NCBI GenBank assembly: GCA_028534125.1
Contig: CM052817.1
Coordinates: 69,194,001-69,258,000, forward strand
Length of the DNA stretch: 64,000 nt
From: Lama glama
Taxonomy: Eukaryota
Reading direction: 5' to 3'
Positions 1 through 13,750 of the stretch are shown piece by piece. Numbering within the stretch: position 1 is the stretch's first letter; every line of letters begins with the position of its first letter. The notes under the pieces were generated by a model. It saw only the letters and a list, made by a program, of their open reading frames with translations, was not told the origin of the DNA and did no database searches. Both the position numbers and the translations under genes were made by a program.

Positions 1-469
1 TCTCAGTCTTTCTGGGGACTTTTGGTCCCTAGCAATAGAAATTTTGAAAGTTTTTGATGAAGTTTGATTGCTTGCTTTAAGTGTGAGATACAGTCTATCA
101 CTTTCTGAACTAAAGAATACAGGGGAGAGAAAAAAACTTGGAACTTACTGGTGGTAGTAAAGGAAAAGGCCAACCAAAGGAAGCCACAGAGTCCTCAAGA
201 GCACAGAAGTACCCCCAGGAGTTTAAACTGGTCAGAAATCCCCTCCACCCACATCATTCCAATCCTCCTCTCAAATCCACTATGTGGAGCCCCCACCCCA
301 GAGGCATGAAGACCTGGAGAACTTCCTATTTCTACTCCAGAGCTGGACGCAGAAGGAAGGAGGGAGATGCCTAACATGGTGTCAGGGATACTGAGTTGGA
401 TAGAACTTTATGGAAACCCAACCGCTGTCATTTTTTCCTCAGAGCATGTGTTTTTTGAGTTTGAGTCAC

Positions 470-680
470 ACTTTAGCGTGCTTGAGCCGGGTGGCTGGGG
501 TTTGAATCCCAGTTCTAACCACTTTTGAGATGCATGACCTTCAACAGTGTATTTAACTTCAATTTTCATATTATGAAATAGGGACAGTATTGCTACCTAC
601 TTCATAGGGCTATTGTGAGGACTGAGTGAGTTAATCGTGTAGAGAAATGAGAACATTGTCCGGCACTATATGGGACTGTT
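470..680 (+). mobile_element. MIR SINE
   Basis: gggtttgaatcccagttctaaccactt and core ctacttcatagggctattgtgagga. Confidence 0.75.
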
Positions 681-3600
681 GAGAGTATAAATAAACATTT
701 TAGAAGCTGTATGAATACTACAGGCATGCAACTGTAGTCCGTTTAGAAAAGAGTAATAGTCATCTATGTTTGCCATTATCATTGTAAATATCCGGTGAGA
801 CAATGTATGTAAGATTCTCAGAAAAGTGCTTGGCACAGAGCAAGTACTCAACAGTAGCTGTTACTATCACCATTCCTATCATCATCATCGGCGGTGGCAG
901 GGATTATCATCACAGCTCCACCTCTTTTACCCATGGCATCCATCAAGAGTATCTCAACTGGCAGTCCCTCTTGCTATTACAGAACCAAATGACTGACTCA
1001 ACAAATATTCACTGCTTTTGGTCAAAACTCAAGCTTATTTTTATTGCTCTGGTCTAGTTTTTCAACTGCTATATCTGCAGAGGGCCTAATGAACCCACAG
1101 AATGTTAGGACTGGCAAAACTGGCAATGCTGATCATCATCAGAAAAATGTTTCAATTCAGACGGAGCAGTTCCAAAATTGCAAGCCAACCCCAAATACCA
1201 CATGGCTACCTTGTACCTAAGGCAGGGGAAACTGGTGGCCACAATTTACATCGGACAGTGTTTCTGCTATAAAATCTTGCTGTAAAATGCAATGGACCAC
1301 CTCTCTTTTGAGAAGGACCAGAAAGGTAAAATTTCTGAAATGTTTACCCAACTATTTGGAAACAGGAAAAAAAAAAAGAATTAAATAACTGTTGTTATAT
1401 TTCAAACTTTTAAAATACCCAGTTAGGTTTTGTTTTGTTTTGCTTTGCTTTACAGAAGTAAACATTTGTTTGGGTGGCCATTTTCGAATCTGTTCTAGCA
1501 CTGACTTTTGTCACAGCGTGCAAACATTTTCTGGCTTTGTGTTTTCTCTGAGTAAACATACAGAGAATGTGATTTTCCATATGTACCCTGTCATTTGCAT
1601 TGCTTTGGGGGATTTGATTAGTTTGAGATACACAAGATCCCTGAGCCAGGATAAACCCCGCCACTAACTTTCTAAGTGATATTGAGCTATTCCCTCTAGA
1701 CATGCAAATTCTTTGTATTACAGGTTTATCTCTTCAAAAGAAAGAAAACACGATGTTTCTCCTCATGCTTTCTATATTACTAAAGCAATAGTAGGTGTAA
1801 ATTCAATTTAATATATTTCAAAAATAATCATTAAATAACTTATATCTGTACTTGGCTTAGTGCTGGAGGAGCCAAGGACCAGAAGATGAGTGGCGCACAC
1901 TGATGAGACAGAGCGGAGAAACCCTTGCTCTCAAGATCATTAAAACCAAAGACATGTACTGTACACAACTACCTATAATGTAGGCCAGACCACATAAATG
2001 GTAAGCAATGCTTTAAAGTCTTCTGAAAAATAATGCCTTAACAAAATCGCCCTAAATCCAGAGTATGAATGATGCTGTTACTGCTTATTTCTACTGTCTT
2101 CTGTCTATTTTATGGCGTGCTTTGATCCATTCTTTGCATTCTTCTTGTCTGAAAGTAATATTCTTGATATGTTTAATAAAGGGACCCCCTCCTTTGTTCC
2201 TAAATGCCTTGGCTCCTGATCAACAAAAGCCATTGAAAGGCTTAATCCTCTAAGCTTGGCACCACATCAGTCTGGAAGTAGTTTACATGCAGAGTCCTTT
2301 GGAGTAAATACTCATTAGAGGTTCCGTTGGCTTATTTGGTCACCCACATTTTGCAGTGGGTGGCCCGGCTGGTATCCTCATTATTTTATTTTCCACCCCT
2401 GAAAATAATCCAGACGTAGCAACCTGACACAATTTCCTTTGGCGTTCTAAACCCATTGTAATGGAGCACCCACTCATTGGTGACGCTAGCATAGGTCTAG
2501 AGGAGCAGGGGTTCCAGGCTGGAGATGCTGTGAGAAATTTTATTGCTGATAGACCTTTTTCAAGGCAACCCCTGAAATGCACTATGAGTATTTCAAGGCT
2601 AGTTCACTAGTAATTTCTCACACCTGAGGACCTGGAGAATTGTGTCACCCTCCTTCCTCTGCCACCTCTATTTCTTCATGTCTGCCCCACCCCCACACCC
2701 CATCTTTATATAAATGAACAAACTAGATCATAGAAGCAACATTTATCAAGGTTGGTCACAAATTACAGAGCCAAACTCTTGCTTTTTCACTAACTACCTA
2801 GAGCTTGATTTGTACTTGGATCAGAAAAACAGAGTCTCTACGCTGTCATCTTCCTGGGTTTAGCAATGAAAATTCTCAAGGAAAAACAGAATCAGTGAAT
2901 GTTTCTTGGCTACCTATTAAGTAGAGAGCAAACGTTAAAATACAAGGAAGGTAAATATCTTCTTGCCAAGCTTGCATTCTTGTAATAAGGCCAATATAAG
3001 GAAGTTGGTACTTTTACCTCATGATTATTATAAGCACCTGACAAATGCTTATAATAATATCTACCAGATCGGGTATTTATTAATGTATGTGTTAAAATCA
3101 TAACATATATAAAGTTCAAACAGTTGCTGGCTTTTTCTTACAGGTACCAGTATCTGAGAAGCTATCACATTCTTCCTGTGTGAATTAGCATCAATTTCCA
3201 GTAGAAAAATATTCAAAGTTTTTACTTTGAGAATTTATAAAACTCAAAGAGTCTTTTTTAATTTCCCCTTGGATGACAGGAAATGGCGAAGAGATTTGGG
3301 ATTGGAAGAGAGTGTATCTAATAGATAGTGGGCATTATATTGTATATTTGCATCCATTATCTCATTTAATACTCAAAATGATCATATAAGGTACATACAT
3401 AAAATTCTGTCTGTTCTGCAGAAAACTAAAACATTGGTCAACAAAAATTAATACAGAGCCACAGGATCTGAAGGCAACTTCGTCTGGCTCAAAAACTCAC
3501 ATTTTCCCCATTTCTTGAGTTCTGATTAGATTACTTAATATCGTTTTTCAAAGACAGGAAGAGGGTAGGAAGCATCCTGTCATATTGTGCAAAGTCATCG

Positions 3601-6600
3601 ATTATCTTGGATTTTAACTGCTGCTAAGATTTAATAACTGTGGAAAAAAACGACCAGCAAGGTAGCCTCTTGTGTGCCATAAATAGGCCACTCCATGGTA
3701 AATTACACGCTTGTGACTTATCCTAGGAGGAGCTCCACATCACTGTTAGACGGTGTTGCTGACCACAACCACGAGGGCTTGCACGTGTTCAGGATCTGCT
3801 CTGCTAAGTGTGTAACACACTCAGCAGATGCTGTGTTATTCCCAGACTTACTACTGACTTACTCACATTCGCTGCACTCATGCACAGATGCAGTTTCTGT
3901 CTCTTCTCATCACAGTAGCCAGGTGTTGGTTTATTTGTTAAACCTGGACATTTAACCACATAAGACTTTTATAAATGGTCAAGGAGATTCATAAGGGGAC
4001 AATCATAAAACTAGTCACTTTACTACCATAATTCTTAAATTATTCATCCACAAACCTACACAATAAAATTCCATTTTGGCATATGCATTACAGTTTCTGC
4101 TACACCAGTTTGTATCACAGAATCTTTATTTTTCCATGTAGGATGCTGTAAGAGCTCTGGAATAAAGTTTTAATTTTAACAAGACAATTGCTGGGTAGCT
4201 GTACATCTTTATTTTGTTTCACTATCAATGTGATTTGAAACTCATGTATATATCTATCCATATGTTATCAAAAATTTAGCTTAAATGTTTAGGCTCAAAC
4301 CTTTTAAACTTAAACTTCTTGATGATTCTGCATTTTATATGCTGACTACTATATCATGTATTATGTCTGCTTAAATATAAAATGAAGCCAGTGGAATTTA
4401 TGTAATTGGACTTTTATTCAGCATTACACACAAAATTCTATGAATTTTGGGTTTGTTTTATATATATTTTTTGATACAAGTAACATGACTTTTCTATTCT
4501 GAATGACTTACTGTGATCAAATAGGATAATTACATGCTAAATTATTTGAAATAAGTTCATAAAACATTTATTTATCAACAAGTGTCTTACTCAGATTCTA
4601 TGTGTACAAATAAATGCACCGTGGTATTGCCGCTATGCTCAGTAATGCTCTGAGAGGAACCAGGTGCTACATGCCGGGCACGTGGAGGATGTAAGACACA
4701 TGGGGGTAATCTAAGCCACTATGAAGTTCGTTATCTCATAACACTAAATTAGGGCTCCGCCAATTTTAAAAATTCACATACATGGTTTCATTTTATCCTT
4801 ATCACAACAAGATGCAGTAAACATTATTATTAAAGTGACATGAGCAAGGGTTCAATGCAGGTCAGGACTCTTAACTCGCGAACATGCTGCCCAGTTGAGA
4901 AGACAACAGGGTAGAAAGGATCTGCTGGTAATTTTGCTGATGCAGCATATAACAGCTTAGGAATTATTTCAGGTGTTGACTGACTGCTCTTAGTAGAGGC
5001 CCAGCCAATACTGGAAAAATGGATGCAATCAGAGTAAAGCAAAATGGTGCCCTGTGGATTCATAACGGAACAGTATGATTTTTTTTTAAGTGAATTGGAA
5101 TTAGCAAATTACTGTAATTTCATGTTGACACATTATGCAAATATTTCTAGCCTTTAATTGGGAAAATAGAAATTTCTCTTAGAAAACCATTTTACCCGTT
5201 ACTCACTTGGAAAACTTAAAAAGCTATTACAGGAAAGAAAACATTCTTCCATCTGATCCAAAGCCTGAACCTTTGAGTTCTTTTAGAAGCTGTTGCGAGC
5301 ATAGGGTCTGGGTACAAATAGGCATCTTTCCACTAGCATCCAAAATGCATTCCCATGCATTTGTTCCCCTGGTATTTGGATCTCCTACTTTTTAAACTAT
5401 GATGTCAGACTGGTCTTTCTATCATTACTGACCCAGAGGAGTCATGTTCTCTCTCCATGCTGAGCCTTTCTTAGGGTCATCACTTCATTGTCTTTGCCTC
5501 CTCCATGGTCTTTGATTATTTGAAACCCTGTCTCCTCTTCAAGGTTGGTTGCAAAGCCCATCTTTATGTTGTTCAGTGATGCATTTCCATGATTATTCCT
5601 AAGGCAAGGGACTTTTCTCCTCACTGGCCTATTTTTGGTTTTTCACCTTTTTTATTATTTATTCTCTTTATATGACATATTTTTAAATATTTGTGTGTTT
5701 ATGTATATTCTTATCTCTTCAGCTAAATTATAAACTCTTGGAAATCAAAATTTACACAATTCTTTTCTTTAGGAATAGAGCAGCAACTAGGACAGTGTTG
5801 TTATACTCAGTAAATATGGGGCCAGTCAACACAATGTCATCACTGAATTCAGCACTAACATGACTCCAGTGACACATTCTGTTATTCTATTATAATTAAC
5901 ACAACTAATATTCGAAGATTTGGAGCATTTCAATGTATGATGCTGATCAAACTTCATGAAATGGCATTTATCCTCATCTGTGATTATTTCATTTAATTAC
6001 TTATTTTCTTCCTCCTTCACTAAAAAAAAAACCTCTGTGAAAGCAAAGACCTGTTTACTCAGTGCAACATATTACTCCCAGGTATTTATTAGCTATTTGT
6101 AGAAGGAAGAGGGAGGGAGGGAGGGAAGAAGGAATGGATGGGACCTGTTTGCATAAGCGACTGCTCTCATCACTTTTCCTAACTAGAAAATCACTTGTGC
6201 TTCCTGAGTTCCGGGTGCTCCTAATACGAAGAGAGCAGAAATAAACCCCCACGAACTGAGGCTGCTGACACTGAGTATGTCAGTGTATCGTACAACAAAG
6301 AGGACTGAAATGTTTTACCTGTCTCCACCTCTTCCGCTTATTAACATGACAATTATGAAAATACAAAGATGCCAATTTAGCTGTTTTGTAAATACGTAAG
6401 AAAATATAAATTTGTGCCTTTCACAAATGTGTTAATCATCAAACCTCATAGTGCAAAGGTGCTGAAACCTCTGTTTACAGGAAGAAAACCAGCCATGGTA
6501 AAGACGCTGGACATTATGTAAAACAGCAGCAGAAGAGAAAGGAGAAGGGAAGGAGTGAGGGAAGGAGGAAGAAAGAGATATTATTTAAGGGTAATTAAAA

Positions 6601-6694
6601 AAAATTGATGGAGAAAGGATAGTCTTTCCAACAAGCGGTGCAAAAGCAACTGGATTTCCATAGGGAAAATAATAATAATCTGGACCTAAATCTT

Positions 6695-6822
6695 TTTTTT
6701 TTTTGAGCTTCTAGAGTATATATATATATTTTTTTCCCCTTAACAGAGGCACTGGGGTTTGAACCCAGGAACTTGTGCATGCCAAGCATGTGCTCTGCCA
6801 CTGAGCTACACCCCCTAGCCCC
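6695..6822 (-). mobile_element. tRNA-derived SINE, camelid Vic-1-like
   Basis: Minus strand gggggtgTAGCTCAGTGGcagagcacatgcttggcatgcacaagttcctgGGTTCAAACCCcagtgcctc; A box 6808-6798, B box 6765-6755, A/TA-rich tail; TSD ct(g/a)gacctaaatctt at 6680-6694 and 6823-6837. Confidence 0.85.
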
Positions 6823-7547
6823 CTAGACCTAAATCTTACACCTTATACAAAAATTCACTCAAAATGAATCATAGGTTTAAATGTAAAACTATAAAATTTG
6901 GAGGGGAAAAAAGTAGGAGAAGACTTGGGGATTTAGGACTAGGCAAAGAGTTCTTAGACCTGACACCAAAACATAATCCATACACACACAAAAAACGATA
7001 AATTGGACCTCATCAAAATTTAAAATGTTTGCTCCGTGAAAGACATTGTTAAAAGACAGGTGACAGAGTAGGAGAAAATACTTGCAAACTACATCTCTGA
7101 CAAAGGTCTAGTATGTAGAACATATAAAGAACTCTAAAAAGTCAACAGTAAAAAAGCAAACAACCAGTTATAAAGTGGGCAGAAGACATGAAGAGACATT
7201 TCACTGAAGATATACAGATTACCAAAATGCATCTGAAAAGATGTTCAACATTATTGATTATTAGGGAAATGCAAATTAAACCACGATGCAGTATCAGTAC
7301 ACCTATCAGAATGGTTAAAATTTTTTGAAAAATTAGTGACAACACCAAATTTTGGTAAGGGTGCAGACAACCTGGATTGAACATTGGTGATGCAAATTAA
7401 AATGCATAGTACTCTGGAAAACAATTTGTCATTTTCTTGAAAAACAAAAATGTTACTGTCATACAACCCAGCCATTGCATTCCTGGACTTTTATCCCAGA
7501 GAAATTTAAGACTTCTATTCATACAAAAACCTATGTACAAAGGCTTA

Positions 7548-7625
7548 TACATATATATATATATTTATTATATATATTATATATATATTTATTATATATG
7601 TATTATATATATAATATATATATTA
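7548..7625. repeat. (TA)n low-complexity tract, probably the decayed tail of the adjacent minus-strand L1
   Basis: Imperfect atatatat run seen directly. Confidence 0.85.
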
Positions 7626-8095
7626 AATTGTGCTAAAATATAAACATTAATTTTACCATTTTTAATGTACAACTCAGTGGCATTAAATACATTCACAATA
7701 TTGTGCAACCATCACAACCATCCATCTTTAGAACTTCATCTCAGACAGAAATTTCAGACTCAGTAAATAACAACTTCCCATTTCCATCTCTCCTTCAGCC
7801 CCTGGTAACCTCTATTCTACTTTCTGTCTCTGTGAATTTGCCTAGTCTAGGTAATTCAGGTAAGTGGAATCACACACCTTTTGTGTCTGGCTTATTTCAC
7901 TTAGCATAATGTTTTCAAGGTTCACCCATGTTGTAGTATGTATAGAATTTCATTTCTTTTTAAGGCTGAATAATATTCTATGCCAATGTATATACCATGT
8001 TTTGTTTATCCATTTATCAGTAAATGTACATTTGGGTTGTTTCTACCTTTTAGTTATTGTGAATAATGCTGCTATGCATATTGACATGCAAGCAT
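7626..8095 (-). mobile_element. L1 3'UTR fragment (L1MA/MB-like) inserted in the opposite orientation into the older L1
   Basis: cagtggcattaaatacattcacaatattgtgcaaccatcac; ggcttatttcacttagcataatgttttcaaggttcacccatgttgtag are typical reverse-strand L1 3' sequences. Confidence 0.85.
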
Positions 8096-8744
8096 CTAGA
8101 GCAGATTTGTTAATAGACAAAAAGTGGAAACAAACCAGATGTCTGTTAATAGGTGAACAGTAAAACAAACTGGCATATCCATACCATGGAATACTACTTA
8201 GCAATTAAAAAAAAAAGAATGAACTGAACTACTGATACATTCAACAACCTGAATGAAGTTCCAGAGATTTATGCTGGGTGAGAAAAGCCAGTCTCAAAGA
8301 TTATATCCTGTGTGATTCCATTTATGATATATTCTTGAAATGACAGAATGAGGGCTAGAGAGAAGTGGATGTGATGTAAAAGGCAACGTGATAGATCCCT
8401 GTGGAATGGAAGTGTTCTACACCTTGACCTGTACCAATGTCAAAGTCCTGGTTGTGATCCTGCACTATAGTTTTGCAAGACACTACCACTGGGGGAAGCT
8501 GGGCAAAGGGTACAGCAAATCCCTCTGTTATTTATTCCAGCTGCTCGTGAATCTATAATTATCATGAAACAAAACATCTAACTAAAGAAAGGAAGGGAGA
8601 AAGCGGGAGAGGGAGGGAGGCAGGGAGGGAGAGAAGGAGGAAGGAAAGGAATCGCACTCAGATGTTCAGATATTCCATACACAATATGGCATCAACCTGA
8701 GTCTCTGATCACAGCTCAGTTTAGATCCCAGCAACAGTGGATCA

Positions 8745-10550
8745 GGGAACGGCCAAGATGATGGATTAAAAAGACCCTGAGCTCACCTCCTCTCACAAGC
8801 GCACTAAAATCACAACTTCTGCAGAACACCCATCAGTGAAAAAAACTGGAACCTACCATTTCTAAAGAAAGAACCACATTTCTAAACAATGAACCATAGC
8901 AGACAGACAGGAGCGGCAGGCTCATGATGCAATTAGATCTCATACCCTCCAGGTGGGAGACCCACAGACTGAAGAATAATTACACTGCAGAGGCCTGCGT
9001 GCAGGACTGAAAGTTCTGAGCCCCATGTCAGGCTCCCCAGCCTGGGGGTTGGGCACAGGGACGACAAGCCCCCAGAGCATTTGGGTTTGAAGGCCAACAG
9101 GGTTTAATTGCTAGACCCCCACAGGACTGGGGGAAACAGGACTTCACTCTTAAAAGGCACACACAAAATCTCATGCTCACCGGGACCCAGCGCAAAAGCA
9201 GTAATTTGGTAGAAGCTGCAACCAGACCTACCTGCTGGTCTTGGAGAGTCTCCTGGAGAGGTGGGGGGACGGCTGCGGCTCACCCTGGGAACATGGACAC
9301 TAGCAGCAGGTACACGGGGGAACACCCAAACGAATGAAAGATCCTGGCGACTGCAACCTTGTCTTATCAGCTCTGGAACCTGGCCCCACCCCACAACCGC
9401 TCCAGTGCTGGGAAGCCATAGGCCAACCAACCAACTGGGCGGGCACAACAGCCCTACCCAGCAGCAGAGAGGCTGCCTGAAGACTAAAGAGCCCACAGCT
9501 GCTTCTAGGCACGCCCCTAGACATGGCCTAGTCCACCTGCGGGCCAAGACCCGGCCCCCCCACCAGGGCCGGCACCAGCCCCTCCCACCAGGAAACCCGC
9601 GTGAGCCTCTAGATCAGCCTCACCTGCCAGGGCGCAGGCACCAGAAGCAAGAAAAGTAGGACCCCACAACCACACAAACCAGGCCCTACTCTGGGACCAG
9701 CTGGACTCTGGCCGTGCCCACTAGCAGGCCAAGACAACCTTCGGGATACCCTTGAACCCATATTCAACTGTGTCTGGAACCGCCCCTCGCCCCCACCAAT
9801 AACTGAAACAAGCTCTGGGATTCCTGGGCCCTGCAGCCAGACTCCAGGAACCAGCTCTGCCTGCCGGTCATGGGCACCAATCCCAGCATCAGGCTTCACC
9901 AGCCAGTGAGTGGGAAACAGCCCCAGAGTCTTCAGGACCCTGACTCTGCCCACCGGGGCCCCTAGGACCCCCACGACCAGCTGCCTCATGACCAGACGTG
10001 GCTAAACAGCAGCCAGCGGCATCTGCACAAGGCAGGGCCTGGCGACCAACCAGGCTAGGGGCCAGCCAAGCTGCCAGATCGCCCTCATAGTCACCTCAGC
10101 ACCACAGAAGGACCCACACACCCCCTCTTAGGGGGAACCCGTGGAGCATATAGCTAGGGCGATGAGAGGGGGGTACTCTGCTGGGGTGTACAGGATGCCT
10201 CCTACAGAGGGCCACTTCCCCAAAGTCGAGAAATGTAACTAACCCTACCACATACATCAAAATACAAATAGAAAGTTAGACCAAATGAGGCGGCAGAGGG
10301 ATATGTTAGAGACAAAAGAACAAGATACAGCCCCAGAAGAACAACTAAGTGAGGTGGATGGAGATAGGCAGTCTACCTGAGGAAGAGTTCAGAGTAATGA
10401 TCGTAAAGATGATCAAAGAACTCAAGAGGAGAATAGATGCACAGAGCGAGAAGTTAGAAGCTTTTAACAAAGAGATAGAAAATATAAAGAACTGCCAACC
10501 AGAGATGAATAATACAGTAACTGAAATGAAAAATGAACTAGAAGGAATCA
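8745..10550 (+). mobile_element. L1 5'UTR plus start of ORF1 (frameshifted, 3'-truncated)
   Basis: Starts ggccaagatgatgg (YY1-like L1 5' motif); GC-rich internally repetitive UTR; ORF1 from ATG 10285 MRRQRDMLETKEQDTAPEEQLSEV, then after a 4-bp tgga duplication EIGSLPEEEFRVMIVKMIKELKRRIDAQSEKLEAFNKEIENIK...EMKNELEGI (ORF1p coiled coil). Confidence 0.85.
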
Positions 10551-11979
10551 GGAGATCCCTGCTGGCCATGCTTCCTCCACATCGCCCCCTAATGGTAGCT
10601 CAGAGGCACTGTGTAAATATTAAGACATTCCCAGAATGTTATGGGGTGGTGACTCAGGTCCATTTCAATATCCACAGGGCAGCGCACACAGTACAGTTAT
10701 AAAATGGCAGAATTTAAAATTTCCTTCAACCCATATTTATTTACAAAATTCCCTGAAAAGATTTGACACGCACTGTATCTTGACTCTGCATAGCCGCCAT
10801 CAGTGCAGGAGTTTCTCTTTCTGGAGATGTGGAAGCAGAAGGCACACTCTGGTTCCTCTTCATGTTGTCTAAACATTCTGCTTTTTACTAAAGATTCCCA
10901 ATGAGGGAAATAACTCTGAGTCTTACGTTAATTGTTGGAGGCCTTGCTTTGAGAGTGCTAAACATTTAGTTTTAATGGGAGACATTATTGTAAAATGAAA
11001 GAAGTTAAAAATAAAATAGAGTTGCTTCCTTTTAAATTCCTGGTGGTGTCATTCAGTCCATAAGCAATTTCAGGCCAAGTGTAAATAGACTCTCTTAATA
11101 TTCTTTTAAAAGTTGCAAATTTCAGTGTAGACTGCAGTCCTAGTGTGGGATAGCAGTTTACCACAGAGTATTATTAGTCTGTAAGCTAGTAGTTCAGGGA
11201 AGCATTCTAGATTTTCTGTTTGCACATAACTGGAAAGATTTATTCACACCCACACCATACACACCATCATTGAACCCATGTCAGAAGAGTTTACAGTTTC
11301 TCTAATTTGAAGCAGCTGATGCATTCTAAATATGGTGTGCTCAGACTTCTAGAATCATCAGTACCATCATTAAGAATCAGAATCCTTGATTTAAGTTTTC
11401 TTTATTATTCTCTTTGTAGGGGGATTTATCTCATATAGCTGTTAGCTCATCCCCTATTGTTCCCAGACTGTCATGCATAAATGTCAACAAGAGTTTACTT
11501 CATGCATACTCTAAAATTAAATCCTTTATCCCACAATTAGCCATAATCATGACAACATACGACAATGATTTACCATAACTAAAATAGATGGCATGGGATT
11601 TATTGTTGGCTTATGTTTGAAATAGCAAAGGCAGATTTTTAAATTAAATAATTGCATGCTAACTATTTGGGACACAATTACAACTTATTTTGTTTTCCGA
11701 AATATCTCCATCTAGTTAGATAGCAAATTATTAAAATGTCCCTGTTAGTAAAATCTAAGAGACTGCTGTGTGTGAGTTTAAAATGCACTCTTTGAGAACA
11801 TAATCACTCTTAGTAGAGAAGAATAAACTGAATTATGAACTCTTTCCTAATGATAGTTTTTTAAAATTATCTTTATTGACAATCTATATGTATTGTTAAC
11901 TGTGTGTACCGATGTCAGTGATCTCATTTAAGTGTCATGATGACTTCATATAAGTCATGAGAATGTAAAATACTTCATT

Positions 11980-12435
11980 TCTTTTGTTTGCCCAATACCC
12001 ATATCCCCTTCCTTGGTAATGCCACCCTGATGTTTTATTTAAGAACTCAGCCTCCCTCACTTACTGCATGCAGCTCGTCAGTCAGGACCCCTTACTTTCT
12101 CCTGCCCTCCCTGCATCAAGGAAAGGAAAGCAGGACCCCATCTAGGCCACTCAGACTCTTCCTGGGAATTTGCATCTTGAGTAGAAAGGCCAAAGGATGA
12201 AATTTGATCAGAGGTCTTTCATTTAGGCTGCAGTGCCCTAATAACATCCCAAAGGTCTTGTTTGCTAGTACCCTGAAGCTCCGTAGGTTCATACTCCTCT
12301 GAGGCCCAGTTCTTCCTTTCGCTTGATCCTCTCAGCTCTCTCATATCCTTACAACAAATTTCTTTTTTTAAAAAAATTTCATATAGGTCGCTTAAGAATT
12401 GATTTCTTCTGCTTACACTTGAAGAAGTCTAACTG
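11980..12435 (+). mobile_element. Old ERVL-type solo LTR (LTR16/LTR33-like)
   Basis: atccccttccttggtaatgccaccctg ... ggccactcagactcttcctggga ... aattgatttcttctgcttaca resembles the LTR16/33 layout. Confidence 0.5.
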
Positions 12436-12444
12436 CTCTGTGGC

Positions 12445-12570
12445 TCCCTCCCCTTGCAGAGGAGGGAACTGAGGTGAAGGAACTAGTCCACAGTCACGGC
12501 ATCTAGATAACACAGCTGAGCTCAGGGCTGCCTGACTCCAAGCTCTGCTTTTCATCCCCAAGTAACATTG
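12445..12570 (-). mobile_element. MIR fragment
   Basis: gcagaggagggaactgagg ... ctgcctgactccaagctctgctttt. Confidence 0.6.
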
Positions 12571-13589
12571 CCTCTGTTTTCAGTTTCAGAAGAGTTGAGA
12601 TGAGAGGATATCTAGGTGGTCACCCAGTCATATTAGATCAGACCAAAAATATAAAATGGATCAAGGAGGAAGCATCCCTTTCTTCACTACAGGTAGTCAG
12701 ATAGTCACTGTTTATTATGGATCGAAAGGATTCCTTGCACTAAACAAGGAGTGCAAAACCATGACCAATTTTGCAGTGATCTTGGAGGTTCCTGTAATTC
12801 CCTTTTTAGTGGTTAATGTCCCACAGCTGTGCACGATTCCAGAATTACCATGGGCTCAAGTACAGTCCCTACCTGCATTTAAAAACACATTTTTATTTCA
12901 CACCCATTTAGCAAGGGAGGATACGTGAAGTCCAAAGCAGCAAGTGCTAACATGTGTGTAAACAGCACTTTAAAACTCCCATAAAGAATTACGTTGTAAG
13001 TCAGAGTCAAATGCAGGAGGATCAAATTATGCATAGATTGAAAGTAAGAACGGGAGGCAGCACTATAGTGTCTCCAACCCCAAGGACCTGAGTTCCTTTT
13101 GTCATTTGGGTACAGCTGACATCTCTGAGCCCCTGTTTACATCCTTCCCCAGTGTTGTTACACAGAAGCACAACTATCTCGTGGTCCCCATGCAGTGACT
13201 AAGGGTAGGGTGAGACCGCGGTTGGGCGTGAGGCTGGGCTCAGCAGAATGCAGCCTGCCTGCCCAGAGTGGCCTGATTTACTCCACCAAACCTCTGTCTC
13301 TCCCTTCTTGCAAGTGACCCAACAAGCCTCCCAAGAAGCAACTTCCCATGGAAGTTTTGTGAGCTCTGGTCTTTCCTAGGTCTGCTTGACAGCAGTGACC
13401 CTGGGGGCCGTGGAAGGGGAATGTGGTCTGAGAGACTGGGTGGGCGGGAAAAGCAAGCAGTGCTCCAGGCCACCTACATTGCAACGAAAGTTTTAAAATC
13501 GATATCTAGTAAAATCAACAAACTTCTCCCCTAAATTTTGTTTAAAATGCCTTAGAGTAAGGAATATTTATTGTTTGGTGTGCTAGCAT

Positions 13590-13750
13590 GAGCCTGAGCT
13601 ATAAAGCCAAGCAAGTCTGGGCTTAATTTTGTCCTCTCTGCTTACCAGCTGTGTGACCTTGAGCAAGCAACCTCTCTGTGCCTCAGTTTCCTGGTCTGTA
13701 AAATGAAGGCCTCTCAAAACAGCCTGCCTCTCAGGATTATTGGGAGACAA
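13590..13750 (+). mobile_element. MIR SINE
   Basis: cttaccagctgtgtgaccttgagcaag ... ctctgtgcctcagtttcctggtctgtaaaatg. Confidence 0.8.

Larger units (their letters stand above)
6600..8585 (+). mobile_element. Old L1 (L1MC-like) ORF2 3' end and 3'UTR, interrupted by a SINE and an inverted L1 fragment
   Basis: Typical L1 ORF2 tail motifs (cttacaccttatacaaaaattcactcaaaatg; gggaaatgcaaattaaa; ccataccatggaatactac) and an L1MC-type 3' end (gttttgcaagacactaccactggggg). Confidence 0.85.

Noticed and set aside
6745..6815. Possible tRNA gene
   Set aside because: Has an A-rich tail, a TSD and a degenerate cloverleaf; it is a tRNA-derived SINE.
9104..10702. Several 110-150 aa ORFs
   Set aside because: They arise from the GC-rich L1 5'UTR and a frameshifted L1 ORF1 remnant, not a host gene.
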